Source: a virus. Taken from it: 64,000 nucleotides of DNA. The number at the start of each line of letters is the position of its first letter. The stretch's first letter is position 1. The translations under genes and the position numbers were made by a program. This document shows positions 20,639 to 30,349 of this stretch, piece by piece. The DNA lies in IMG/VR virus record IMGVR_UViG_3300042389_001478, positions 96,001 to 160,000 of that record, one strand, 5' to 3'. The notes below the pieces were generated by a model. It was given only the letters and a program-made list of their open reading frames with translations. It made no database searches and was not told the origin of the DNA.

Positions 20639-21329
20639 GGCTAGCGGTGAAAGAGTCTTTGAATTTTATTTTATTGCTTAGATTACGATGGAGCTTAAGG
20701 AATCGAATTAGGATATCGGCGCAGTCCTTAACGTCTTTTAAGGCATCGTGTGCTCCAACCTTAGAGATTCCAAAATAGTCTCTTAATGAATCTAGGGTAT
20801 AACTCTTTAAGTCTCCATTATTTTCAAACCAATAAAAAATTAAATTCATGATATCAACAACATCTCTAGGATAAAAGATATCGGTCTTTGATTCTTTATT
20901 TACGTTACCATATTTATTGCTTAGTCTATCAACTATTGGTAGATCAAAACGATAAATATTATAGCCAGCAGCTATTGGAGCACTAAATTGACTTTTTTTA
21001 GATGATCTGCTGTGATACATTTCTAAATAGTTGGTAAACATCTTCCAAGATTGCTCTTGTGAAGGATACTGTTTCCAGTCTTTTAGAATGTCATCCTTAG
21101 AACATCCCTTAACTTTAGCATGAAAGTCCAGAATATCTGTTGTATATTCATAATTTTCGTCTTTTGCCAGAACATCTGGCTTAAAGAAAATATTAAATTC
21201 AGACTTTGGTACTATTTCGAGTTTAATAGGATCAATAATAACCGAGGCTATCTGAACCGGACTGCAAATCCTGGGATCAGATCCGTCTGTTTCAAAATCA
21301 AAAACACAGATTTTATTATAGTTAATCAT
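20631..21329 (-). CDS. DEDDh 3'-5' exonuclease (epsilon/DnaQ-like proofreader)
   Basis: VFDFETDG (ExoI), AGYNIYRFD (ExoII), HDALKDV (ExoIII). Confidence 0.9.
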   Translation of the reverse strand: MINYNKICVFDFETDGSDPRICSPVQIASVIIDPIKLEIVPKSEFNIFFKPDVLAKDENYEYTTDILDFHAKVKGCSKDDILKDWKQYPSQEQSWKMFTNYLEMYHSRSSKKSQFSAPIAAGYNIYRFDLPIVDRLSNKYGNVNKESKTDIFYPRDVVDIMNLIFYWFENNGDLKSYTLDSLRDYFGISKVGAHDALKDVKDCADILIRFLKLHRNLSNKIKFKDSFTASHA

Positions 21330-21333
21330 TAGT

Positions 21334-21531
21334 TTAGTCGTTTACTTCTACTTCTATTAGTGGTAAAACTTGGATACGTTGAGCTTGATCCGACAGCAAT
21401 GCTGCATTAATAGCCTTACAGCAACTAACTCTTTCTTCTGTCAGCTTTATATATTCATTAACCGCGCCCTGGTCATTTTTTAGTTTAAATGTCTGACCGA
21501 TAGCAACTTCCATAAACTTTTTAATCGCCAT
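21334..21531 (-). CDS. Hypothetical 65-aa protein
   Basis: Fills the gap between dnaE-N and the exonuclease exactly, on the coding strand. Confidence 0.55.
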   Translation of the reverse strand: MAIKKFMEVAIGQTFKLKNDQGAVNEYIKLTEERVSCCKAINAALLSDQAQRIQVLPLIEVEVND

Positions 21532-21533
21532 AT

Positions 21534-23408
21534 TTATTCTCCTGTTCTTAAAATATCTCGAATAGTCATAATTTTATCTAACATTGCTACGCCTAAAATA
21601 TCAAATTTAATTATACCCAATGATTCTAAATCTTGCATCTCCATGCCCGCTATCATCTGTTCATTTTTTGAATCATAAACCATCGGACACGATACGTTCA
21701 AGGGGTTGGCACTAATTGCTATACCAGCGGCGTGTTTGGACTGATTAGACTTCGTGCCCTCCAATCTTATAGCCTGCTCAAATCTTTTTGCAAGCGGGCC
21801 TTGTAGTTCATTCTTTTCGTCAATAAAGCACCATTCTTTGAGTTTATCTGGCTGATTTTCCAAAGCCCATCTTATAATTGATGCTTCGCCGGTCTCTTCT
21901 TTCATTTCTTGAAGATCATCGGCAATCTTAGACTCATCTGGGATACTTTTGGTAATTTTGTTCATCTCATCGAAAGAAATATTGCCATATACTCTTAATA
22001 CGTCTTTGATAGCTCCTCTGCCTTTAATGGTATTGAACGTTATCATCTGAGACACCTTATCTTGACCATAACATTGTTTAATATATTCAATAACATTTTC
22101 TCTTTTGTTAATTGGTACGTCAACATCGATATCTGGCATTGAGATATGATCTTTACTATTACGACCAGCATTATAAAATCTGTCAAAGAGGAGATTATAT
22201 TTAATTGGATCTATGCTAGTTATGCCAATCAAATATGAGACCAAACAACCTGCAGCACTTCCTCTTCCAGGTCCTGGCAGCCAATTATTAGATCTCACAT
22301 AGTTAACAATATCTTGGACAATTAAAAAGTAGCTTGATAAATCGGCACCCTGCAAAACATCAAGCTCGTACTTAATTCTATCAACATATTTTTGATGGTC
22401 TTCTTTTGGAATATCGTTAGCAATTTTTTCTCTCCAACCCTTTCTACATAATTCTCGTAGATATTCGGCATCATCCGAATTATTAGGACAGGGGAACGGA
22501 GGTAGTTGTGGCTTGTCTAGAATATTGTATTCTTCACATAAATTAGCCACAAAATTGGTATTTTCGATTTCCTCATCTGTATGAAATGATCGTATTTCTT
22601 CCTGGGATAATATATGAAAGTTATCAGAAGTAAAAAAGCATCCAAGAGGAACTTCCTCGTCGTTTGTGATCTTTCTGCTGATCTCTGGGAAGGTTGTTTT
22701 TAAATTATTGCACAGCAACACTCTCTGATCAATTGCATCCTCCTTACGGCAATAATGAGCGTCTGGCGTGGCTATGATCTTAGTGGCAGTCTGCTTGGAA
22801 AGTTCTCTCATCGCATCGGTCAATATCTTTTGGATTGGCGAGTTTTCTGAGTCCATGAGTTGAGCCTCAAGGAAAAAGTTGTCTTTTCCAAAGATCTCCT
22901 TATATAGACCAATTTGTTGAATACCAATTTCTTTCCAGTCTGGATTTAGGCTTTCTCCTAACATAATTTTATCGGCTATCGTGGAGCCAGCATGTCCACA
23001 AAAACCAATAATATTATTGTTGCAAAACTGGGCTAGTGTCGATAGATTAAGTCTTGGTTTATGGTAATAAAAGTCTGGCCTGTTGGATTCCGAAGTTATT
23101 CTTATTAAGCTTTTCCATCCTTCAAAGTTTTTTGCTAATATAACAAAATGACTAAGGTCTCTATTTTCTTTGCTTTGTATTGATGGGTCATCATTGCAAA
23201 TATATAGCTCACAACCTAGGATCGGTTTGATTCCATGCTTTTTCATTTCGGTATAAAACTTTACAGTTCCGGCGATATTGCCATGATCTGTTAGGGCACA
23301 GGAAGAAGCTCCAATTTCTTGACATCTTTCAGCCATTGTTTTTGGCTGAGATAATCCGTCCAATAAGCTATACATCGAATGACAATGGAGAGGGGTGTAA
23401 TTTTTCAT
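21534..23408 (-). CDS. dnaE: DNA polymerase III alpha (family C), N-terminal half: PHP, palm, thumb
   Basis: LHCHSMYSLLDG, ALTDHG, ILGCELY, GPGRGSAAG, MPDIDVD, HAAG, KFDILG; stops shortly after the third catalytic Asp. Confidence 0.95.
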   Translation of the reverse strand: MKNYTPLHCHSMYSLLDGLSQPKTMAERCQEIGASSCALTDHGNIAGTVKFYTEMKKHGIKPILGCELYICNDDPSIQSKENRDLSHFVILAKNFEGWKSLIRITSESNRPDFYYHKPRLNLSTLAQFCNNNIIGFCGHAGSTIADKIMLGESLNPDWKEIGIQQIGLYKEIFGKDNFFLEAQLMDSENSPIQKILTDAMRELSKQTATKIIATPDAHYCRKEDAIDQRVLLCNNLKTTFPEISRKITNDEEVPLGCFFTSDNFHILSQEEIRSFHTDEEIENTNFVANLCEEYNILDKPQLPPFPCPNNSDDAEYLRELCRKGWREKIANDIPKEDHQKYVDRIKYELDVLQGADLSSYFLIVQDIVNYVRSNNWLPGPGRGSAAGCLVSYLIGITSIDPIKYNLLFDRFYNAGRNSKDHISMPDIDVDVPINKRENVIEYIKQCYGQDKVSQMITFNTIKGRGAIKDVLRVYGNISFDEMNKITKSIPDESKIADDLQEMKEETGEASIIRWALENQPDKLKEWCFIDEKNELQGPLAKRFEQAIRLEGTKSNQSKHAAGIAISANPLNVSCPMVYDSKNEQMIAGMEMQDLESLGIIKFDILGVAMLDKIMTIRDILRTGE

Positions 23409-24448
23409 GCGGTGCTTCCGGGTGCTTTGTAGTGTCCAATACTATAACCCGGAGTCTGGTATTCGTCAATCACGGTTTCTGTGCCTTTTGTGTCTATATC
23501 GTGTTTTACTTGCTCACACTTGGTCATGCATTTATCTTTTGGTATTAGCTGGTTATCTCTGTATTCTTTTAGTGGAGTTACCGAGGTATTCTCAAATGTT
23601 GTTTTTCCAAAATGGCATAGCTTAGTACATTTCCAACTCTTGTTAAGTTGGGGTTTTTGTGTATTCTTTATAGTTTCAAATTTGTTCTTTAGCATGATTT
23701 CCGTTTTAAAAAGATCGCTTTTATCAAAACAAATAGTAAATGCTCCGCCATCATTAATAAAATCAATAGATATCATTACATGCTCAATCTCTGGATACAG
23801 GTGTTGTATCGCATAATGATATATTCTCAACTGAGGATCATTTTGCAATTTTTCATGAGTTTTTTCTTCTCCGGTTGCCCAATCTAGCCTTCTTCCGGTT
23901 TTCCAATCTATTACTTCTAAAGTCTTATCGTTTATTTTAGTGATAAGATCAATGGTACCCTTGATTGCTAAATTGCCTTCTAGTAATCCCTCTTTAGTAT
24001 CATATTTATAAGAAGACCATGGTTTTTTAATTTCAATGTCAAAATGCTGCTCTGGTTGCACTATGTTCCTATTCCTTGGGTCAAACATACCACCATTATA
24101 TTCTAGGGCTTTGTAAACCCATCCGTGACAATCTTTATAGTCTTTCAGATCCCATTCGTGGTGAGTAAATCTAGACGTATAATACTTATATACTTTTTCT
24201 ATGATTGTGTTTAGGCTATAGCTATTAATGTCTACGGCCCCCACAACATCATCTTCAAAAACATCTATCTTGTTTTGCTGATTAAGTTTGACATATGCCA
24301 ATATTTCTAGAACCTTATGTACTACAGTACCTTTGTCCGCTTTTTTATTAGACGGAGATCTCAAGCCAAGGATATATTCGAAAAAATATTGCTGAGGGCA
24401 CATTGAGTGGGTGCCGTAAGAACTACTTCTTAGATATGTTATTATAAT
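23405..24448 (-). CDS. PD-(D/E)XK (Cas4/AddB-like) exonuclease; start probably non-canonical
   Basis: GTVVHKVLE; KGTIDLI...EVIDWKTG; QLRIYHYA; C-terminal CTKLC. Family N-terminal motif RSSSYGTHSMCP lies upstream of the first ATG (24403). Confidence 0.8.
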   Translation of the reverse strand: MIITYLRSSSYGTHSMCPQQYFFEYILGLRSPSNKKADKGTVVHKVLEILAYVKLNQQNKIDVFEDDVVGAVDINSYSLNTIIEKVYKYYTSRFTHHEWDLKDYKDCHGWVYKALEYNGGMFDPRNRNIVQPEQHFDIEIKKPWSSYKYDTKEGLLEGNLAIKGTIDLITKINDKTLEVIDWKTGRRLDWATGEEKTHEKLQNDPQLRIYHYAIQHLYPEIEHVMISIDFINDGGAFTICFDKSDLFKTEIMLKNKFETIKNTQKPQLNKSWKCTKLCHFGKTTFENTSVTPLKEYRDNQLIPKDKCMTKCEQVKHDIDTKGTETVIDEYQTPGYSIGHYKAPGSTA

Positions 24449-25032
24449 GAGAACACCCCTCTTTTTTGTAAAAATGATACAATGAGATTATTTTGCTCTG
24501 CAATACCAATTTTCTCATTATGTACAACTAGATCAAAATGATCAGGATTATAGTTGTCTGGATCAAGAGCAGTTTCGCTCGCATGATTAGAATTATATAG
24601 ATTTCTGGTTAGCTTTATTACTATGCCACCAGCATTCTTTACGGCCTCTACTTCATTTGGAAATCTACAATCAGCGATAACAGCTAAGCCCAAATGTTCT
24701 CGATTAATTTTAGAGATTGTAGCATTTACCCAAACCCCATTATACATTTTGCGAAAAATATCCGTACCGACTATTTGCATAACTTCTCTTGCATTAAGTT
24801 TCTGCCCCTCCCACTCTATATGAGTGGCGGTGTTTTTATCCATGTCTGATCCATAGCATTGGTCATAGCTCAATCCAAGTATATTCATGCAAATATCTTG
24901 TTTTAGTGGATCAGCAAAATTATATACTTTAGATAAGCCAGAGTATTTACTATTATAGTAGTCACATATATTTTCAGAACATGTGGTTTTTCCGGACTGT
25001 TTTCTTCCAGCAAATGCAATAATTGTACTCAT
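24442..25032 (-). CDS. Deoxynucleoside monophosphate kinase (T4 gp1-like)
   Basis: AFAGRKQSGKTT (P-loop), FADPLK, REVMQIVGTD, DCRFPNE. Confidence 0.85.
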   Translation of the reverse strand: MSTIIAFAGRKQSGKTTCSENICDYYNSKYSGLSKVYNFADPLKQDICMNILGLSYDQCYGSDMDKNTATHIEWEGQKLNAREVMQIVGTDIFRKMYNGVWVNATISKINREHLGLAVIADCRFPNEVEAVKNAGGIVIKLTRNLYNSNHASETALDPDNYNPDHFDLVVHNEKIGIAEQNNLIVSFLQKRGVFSL

Positions 25033-26189
25033 ACTATACTTTCTAGATATGGTTTAATTTCAGTATTAATTTCTTCTGAGGTCATTTCTCCCACATCAGG
25101 CTTGCTGATCGATGGAATAAAAATTCGATAAGTATTTTGACACTTTGACTTAATCTGATCAGCCGCTTTTCTGCCAGCTTCATCATTATCTGTTAAAATT
25201 ACGATAGTCATAGCGCCAGATGAATCAAGAAGAATTTTTTGTCTATCGCTCAATGACGAACCAAATATTGCAACACTGTTATGAATACCGTTTTCTTCTA
25301 GTCTCCAGACATTGCCTGGGCTTTCAACAATAATAACCTGATTACTCTTCATAATGTGTTCTTTTGCAAACCAGAAGTTGTATAAAGAATTTTGGCTTTT
25401 AAAGTTTGCGCTATGTTTCCATTTTGGATAAAGCCATTTCTTTTCGTCTGGTGGGCACTTTTCGCTTTCGTTATGATATGAGGAACAGTGGCCGCATTTA
25501 TTGGAAACGCTTCTTCCGGTACATGCTATCATATGAGTATAATCATTATTGTAGATTGGCACCACTATTCTATTATACATTTCCTTGGTGGGATTATCGC
25601 ATAGTCCAACATCGTACTTGTCAAGCGTTTGTAAAGAATATCCTCTTTTTACATAGTAGTCTGGGGACATTTGTAAATGTTTTCTTACTTGCTCTCTTGT
25701 TGGTAGTTGAGCTACTTTATCTACAGTTTGATTATCTTTAGATAAATAGCTAACTGTACTAGTAAAAGATTTTTTATCTCTTTCTGTTTTTGAGATCTTT
25801 ATATTTTTTAGGTCTTTGTTGATAAACTTAAGACAAAATTCTAAAGCCTCATTAAAACTACAGGTCTTGTCTCCATTCTCTTCCCATCCGTGCTTTTGGT
25901 GCGATAATATTCCCCTAACAAATCCTATTACAGAAGACTTAAATACTTGTTCGCATCCGTGTGTTCTACACTTCCAGTTACCCCTATACCTATCTCCTTC
26001 TGGATAGAGATTAATTGCTGACATATTATCTCCTCCATGAATGGGGCAGGACATAGAGATCATTTTATTATTAGACCTATATTCCAAACCAAAAGCATCA
26101 AGCAAAGGATATATGTTGTCGCAAATGTCGTCGCAAACTATTTTAAGTTTGGTCTGATCATTATTATTCGAACGGGATTTCTTGTTCAT
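25029..26189 (-). CDS. dnaG: DnaG-type primase
   Basis: CPIHGGDN...WKCRTHGC zinc finger; TOPRIM IIVESPGNV...LTDNDEAG. Start moved to MNKKSRS at 26189. Confidence 0.88.
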   Translation of the reverse strand: MNKKSRSNNNDQTKLKIVCDDICDNIYPLLDAFGLEYRSNNKMISMSCPIHGGDNMSAINLYPEGDRYRGNWKCRTHGCEQVFKSSVIGFVRGILSHQKHGWEENGDKTCSFNEALEFCLKFINKDLKNIKISKTERDKKSFTSTVSYLSKDNQTVDKVAQLPTREQVRKHLQMSPDYYVKRGYSLQTLDKYDVGLCDNPTKEMYNRIVVPIYNNDYTHMIACTGRSVSNKCGHCSSYHNESEKCPPDEKKWLYPKWKHSANFKSQNSLYNFWFAKEHIMKSNQVIIVESPGNVWRLEENGIHNSVAIFGSSLSDRQKILLDSSGAMTIVILTDNDEAGRKAADQIKSKCQNTYRIFIPSISKPDVGEMTSEEINTEIKPYLESIV

Positions 26190-27618
26190 TTGTATTGTTG
26201 ACGATAAAACCATCTGATGATCCGCCCTTATTGTTAAGTACCTCAAGTCTAGTTTTGCCTTCTGTGATCTTGGCACACCAACCCTTCATATGACAATTGA
26301 TATAGTCATTGTCATCCAAGCCTCCTCCGTGTCTGCTGATTAGTGGCACTAATTTACGATTTCCATTATCTGGTCCATCTTCAGCTATTTCTTCTGGGGT
26401 CTTTCGCTTGAAGATACTAAAGTTACTACATAGCCATATAATACGATCAGATCCGCTAGCAGAGTCTGTGCTTTCTTTTGTGATGCCGTCTCTATTTAAT
26501 TGTATAAATGCAACAATAGGAACCTTATATCTTGTGGCAAAATTATGTAAAGAAGTCATCATAAATCCTAATACCTGATATTCTTTTAAATCTTGACTCA
26601 TGCCAGCACTATCCATTAGTTTTAGATAGTCATAAAAAATTACACATTCCTTAGCTGTGCCATCATCATTAAGACCAACTTCTTTTAGTACCCACCTTCT
26701 CATGATCGCCAGCTGATCTTCAAATGGTTGACCAGCAATGCTTTTATGAAATAGTTTAGTCTTTTTTAATTCTGTGGCCGCTGCTATTAGCTTATTCTTT
26801 TTGTCTGGGGATTCTGCAAACTTTCCGGTTTCTATAGCATTGATTTCAATTTCTGTCATCATAGCTAATATTCTATTAATATGGTCTTCTTTATTCATCT
26901 CTGTATCCATATTAAGCACTGGTATGCCTAGCTTGGCTATGTTATTGCCGATATTATCAGATAGTAATGTTTTGCCTGTTTTGGGTCTAGCTCCGATCAC
27001 ATTAACTGTTCCTTTTCTGAGACCGCCACCTATAGCATGATCATAAGCCGGAAATCCAGTAGGTATTCCAACTTGGTCAACTCTATTGTGTTCTAGGTTG
27101 TGTATATATGCGTCTAGATCATTACCGATTGGTACAGGGTTGTTGTCTGAGTCGTTAAGAAGAGAAGTGAAGTTAAATATGGTTTCTTCAGCTATGCCTA
27201 AAATAGAGCCGATAGGCTCTGTACCATTAACATCCAGTATCTTTTCTTGCGCCAACTCAAGCTGCTTGCGTAATAGTCTTGCTATTTCAAGTTTTCTAAT
27301 TTTAGCCGCAAACTTCCTCACGTTGTCAACAGCAACCGGAAAATCAATGATTGCTCTTAAATGCTGGGCTTCTTCTTTCTTTGCTAAAATATGACCAAAC
27401 CCAAGCTCTTCTGCTACAGAAAAAATAGTCGCTATATCAATATTTGGCTTCTGTTCCCTTTCACAGACGACCTTCAAGCACTTAAAGATAATAGAATTAC
27501 TATCAATTGTAAAAGAAGAGTCTTGTACAATATCTGCCACATCCAAATAAGCATCCTCTCCGTAATTACATATACCGGACAGGACAGCTCTTTCTGCTGC
27601 TGAATCACACAAAATCAT
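26164..27618 (-). CDS. dnaB: DnaB-type replicative helicase
   Basis: AERAVLSG; GARPKTGKT (Walker A); DTEM; IFYDYLKLM; FIQLNR; SRHGG. Confidence 0.93.
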   Translation of the reverse strand: MILCDSAAERAVLSGICNYGEDAYLDVADIVQDSSFTIDSNSIIFKCLKVVCEREQKPNIDIATIFSVAEELGFGHILAKKEEAQHLRAIIDFPVAVDNVRKFAAKIRKLEIARLLRKQLELAQEKILDVNGTEPIGSILGIAEETIFNFTSLLNDSDNNPVPIGNDLDAYIHNLEHNRVDQVGIPTGFPAYDHAIGGGLRKGTVNVIGARPKTGKTLLSDNIGNNIAKLGIPVLNMDTEMNKEDHINRILAMMTEIEINAIETGKFAESPDKKNKLIAAATELKKTKLFHKSIAGQPFEDQLAIMRRWVLKEVGLNDDGTAKECVIFYDYLKLMDSAGMSQDLKEYQVLGFMMTSLHNFATRYKVPIVAFIQLNRDGITKESTDSASGSDRIIWLCSNFSIFKRKTPEEIAEDGPDNGNRKLVPLISRHGGGLDDNDYINCHMKGWCAKITEGKTRLEVLNNKGGSSDGFIVNNTNEQEIPFE

Positions 27619-27619
27619 A

Positions 27620-28033
27620 TCAACCTGCTCCTGCTGAACATTTGTTACACTTATATCTATCGAGAGAATCTGTTATTAAAACCGGATTAATATCCTCTGT
27701 TCTGCCACACACCCGGCAGGTTGCCTTAAGCATTCTAAATTTTCTGGCTCTTGGTACTGGGGGTTGAATGGCTAACTTTTTATCAACAGCAATGTCTTCT
27801 CTATGCATATTTAGTTCAGCCATTTGGTCAAACTTATTTTCTCGCAATGGCTTGGCCTTGATATCATGAGTGGCAGAATTTGCCGTCTTTTTCCTTGGCT
27901 TCCTTTTCGGCGGGGTGGTGGAATTATCCGTCCCGTCAGTTGTAGTAGAGGGTTGACCGGCTGGAGGCAACATCGCTTGCAGTAACTGAATCATTTGTTG
28001 TATTTGTTGCGGATCTAGACTTATATTATCCAT
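27620..28033 (-). CDS. Hypothetical protein with C-terminal zinc ribbon
   Basis: CRVC...CNKC; coupled to dnaB. Confidence 0.55.
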   Translation of the reverse strand: MDNISLDPQQIQQMIQLLQAMLPPAGQPSTTTDGTDNSTTPPKRKPRKKTANSATHDIKAKPLRENKFDQMAELNMHREDIAVDKKLAIQPPVPRARKFRMLKATCRVCGRTEDINPVLITDSLDRYKCNKCSAGAG

Positions 28034-28517
28034 GTTTCACCATTTTTATTTTTTGAATAGAAAGAAGAATATCAGACAAGTTTTTAACAGAGTTGGCTAG
28101 ATACGACAGCCTATCGGTTCTTTGCTTCGCGTATATCCTAATTTTGTTTAATGATTGTGCTTTGTCATTATGCTTAATGGCTTGGTTAGCTTTTTCAACA
28201 TATCCATAGCCCTTATAGTTATTAATATCGTCTGCGATAACTACTTTTATGGTATCGTCTGCCCAATTATTTCTAGCAATTTCTCTATTTATGGTTCTTT
28301 GTATATGGAATGCAAATTGTCCTAATCTATAAGATATTTGTCCACAGTCTTCTGGCGTAAGTTTTTCTAGCTCATCTCTATTCATTGATAAATAGTTGTT
28401 GAGCTCTGTCTCTGGTAATATGCCGCTACTGTATTTAGGCAAACCAATACCTGATTCATATTCATCAAGTAAATCATCCCAGTCATGTAGTTCTTCTTTA
28501 GCTGTTTTGTTGCTCAT
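28026..28517 (-). CDS. Helical protein, possibly UvsY-like recombination mediator
   Basis: All-helical/coiled-coil pattern of similar size to UvsY, two genes from recA. Function is inference. Confidence 0.35.
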   Translation of the reverse strand: MSNKTAKEELHDWDDLLDEYESGIGLPKYSSGILPETELNNYLSMNRDELEKLTPEDCGQISYRLGQFAFHIQRTINREIARNNWADDTIKVVIADDINNYKGYGYVEKANQAIKHNDKAQSLNKIRIYAKQRTDRLSYLANSVKNLSDILLSIQKIKMVKHG

Positions 28518-28917
28518 TTTTTATCCTATTTAGCCATGATTCTTCATTCTCGTTAAAGGGCAACTCTATATATGAGATACCATTTATTTCACACCATTCT
28601 TTTTTTTCTTGGTCTCTCTTTTTGTGTTTTACAAAACCTAATAATGTACTATGATAAAATGGGGTAAATTTGTAGTGTTGTTCACCATGTACTTCAATAG
28701 TGCGTTTTAAAAGAGGGATATAAAAATCTAAGTATAGAGTCTCTGATCTCCTCAAAGGAACAGGTACCTCCTCCAGTATTTGCATGGTTGGGAAGCATTG
28801 ATGTATTAGCTGTCTGGCAGTCAAATGCAAAGAGGATTTATTTTTAGCGGCCCCGTGGGCTATGCCTCCAATGAGTTGCCAATTGCAAAGGTTGCCATCA
28901 AGATCTTTTATTTGCAT
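28498..28917 (-). CDS. Vsr/DUF559-like endonuclease
   Basis: YLDFYIP...IEVHGEQHY...RDQEKKEWC...IELPF. Confidence 0.75.
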   Translation of the reverse strand: MQIKDLDGNLCNWQLIGGIAHGAAKNKSSLHLTARQLIHQCFPTMQILEEVPVPLRRSETLYLDFYIPLLKRTIEVHGEQHYKFTPFYHSTLLGFVKHKKRDQEKKEWCEINGISYIELPFNENEESWLNRIKNEQQNS

Positions 28918-29933
28918 TTAATACCCATGGTCTCTTTAACTTGTGCTAATAGGCTTTCATAAATATCTGGATGATCAACTAAGTATTGTCTAACCTTTTC
29001 TGTTCCTTGAAATTTTGGCTTATCTTCCACCGAAGTTAATGTGTACCAAGCTCCCCCTTTTTGAATTAGACCAATATCGGCAGCAAGCATTAATAGCTCC
29101 ATCTGCTTATCAATGCCTTGGCCATATCTAATATAGCTAGTAATGGTACCACCAGGAGCACCAAGCGCCGAACAAACCACTTGCCACTGTATCTCTTGTC
29201 CAATTTGTTGACCATCTTCTGATGTCCCGATTTTCCATGCCCTATGAAATTGTGCCCTTAGTTTAATATCTGTTTGATAAGCAATAGCCTGACCACTCTT
29301 CTCTTTCCATTCAACATGGCCAGTCCCAGGATTACCCATAAGATGAGTAATGCCAATCACAATATTCCTATTAACAGGAATAACATTAGCCACCTTCCTG
29401 CAAAACTTAGCTAACAACTTGGCACCATCTGCTCTTTGCATCTTGCTCATATCTGACGTAATTTCTGTCTCAGTGCATAATGCAGAGTATGAGTCTATGA
29501 TTAGTACTGATCCTGGGATTTCATTAATGATTCTTTCACCAATTTGGAGATATTCTTCTGCGTGTAATATCTTTCCTTGTTGAGAGCCAATAATATGAAA
29601 TCGTTCAAGATTGAGTCCTGGAATACCTTCTAAATCTCTTTTCTTAAGTCTTCCTTCAATATTAAGGTAATATATTTCTCTTCCTTCTTTGAATCCCTTG
29701 TAAGCGTACTCTGGTTTTTGTGCTGTAGCAGCGAAATCTAAGGATGTTGTGGTTTTTCCGCATTTAGGTTGACCGGTTAAAATCATGAAGCTACCTTCCG
29801 GCACTCCACCATTTAATATGATATCTAAGGATGGGCTTACTGGGATGGTAATTAATTTCTTGTCTACAACAGCACTTGCTGTTAGCATAATTTCATTACC
29901 AAAATCTTTAATAACGTCTTCTTTTAAGCTCAT
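28908..29933 (-). CDS. recA: RecA/UvsX recombinase
   Basis: SPSLDIILNGGVPEG; GQPKCGKTT; LIIDSYSAL; GQAIAYQTDIKL; GLIQKGGAWY. Confidence 0.93.
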   Translation of the reverse strand: MSLKEDVIKDFGNEIMLTASAVVDKKLITIPVSPSLDIILNGGVPEGSFMILTGQPKCGKTTTSLDFAATAQKPEYAYKGFKEGREIYYLNIEGRLKKRDLEGIPGLNLERFHIIGSQQGKILHAEEYLQIGERIINEIPGSVLIIDSYSALCTETEITSDMSKMQRADGAKLLAKFCRKVANVIPVNRNIVIGITHLMGNPGTGHVEWKEKSGQAIAYQTDIKLRAQFHRAWKIGTSEDGQQIGQEIQWQVVCSALGAPGGTITSYIRYGQGIDKQMELLMLAADIGLIQKGGAWYTLTSVEDKPKFQGTEKVRQYLVDHPDIYESLLAQVKETMGIKCK

Positions 29934-30349
29934 TGGTCTAGATCCTTCAATTTAGAAATAATGTTTTTTGATTGAGATTTACTGCTACCAAAAGAGATAT
30001 TTTCTTTTCTCTCAATATTAAGAGTAAGATCAGTATTTTCTTGTAATATTATCTGTTCTTGGCTCTCTATCATAGCGGGAAGATGCGGCGCTCGCAAAGA
30101 ATAGATTTTTCTACCTTGATCAGTGTTCAGAGCCCTTATGATAGCTTTAGCAGAATATTGCTTAAGCAACTTGTGGGCGGAGCCTATTTGGTTTCTATAA
30201 AAAGCAGACCAGCTTTTTTCTACCCAAAATCTATAATGAAGGTCTTGCTTACTGGTTTGTGCTTTTCTTTCACAGATAATTTCTGTTATAAACTGAGCAG
30301 ATGACACAGATTTGCCGTTGGAGTACTTGGATAAATATTTATCAGGCAT
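29930..30349 (-). CDS. Hypothetical protein
   Basis: Intact ORF with 4-nt overlap onto recA. Confidence 0.6.
   Translation of the reverse strand: MPDKYLSKYSNGKSVSSAQFITEIICERKAQTSKQDLHYRFWVEKSWSAFYRNQIGSAHKLLKQYSAKAIIRALNTDQGRKIYSLRAPHLPAMIESQEQIILQENTDLTLNIERKENISFGSSKSQSKNIISKLKDLDQ

Noticed and set aside
23405-24448. Cas4-like gene as part of a CRISPR-Cas system
   Set aside because: No cas1/cas2 or array; stand-alone Cas4-like nucleases are common in phage replication modules.
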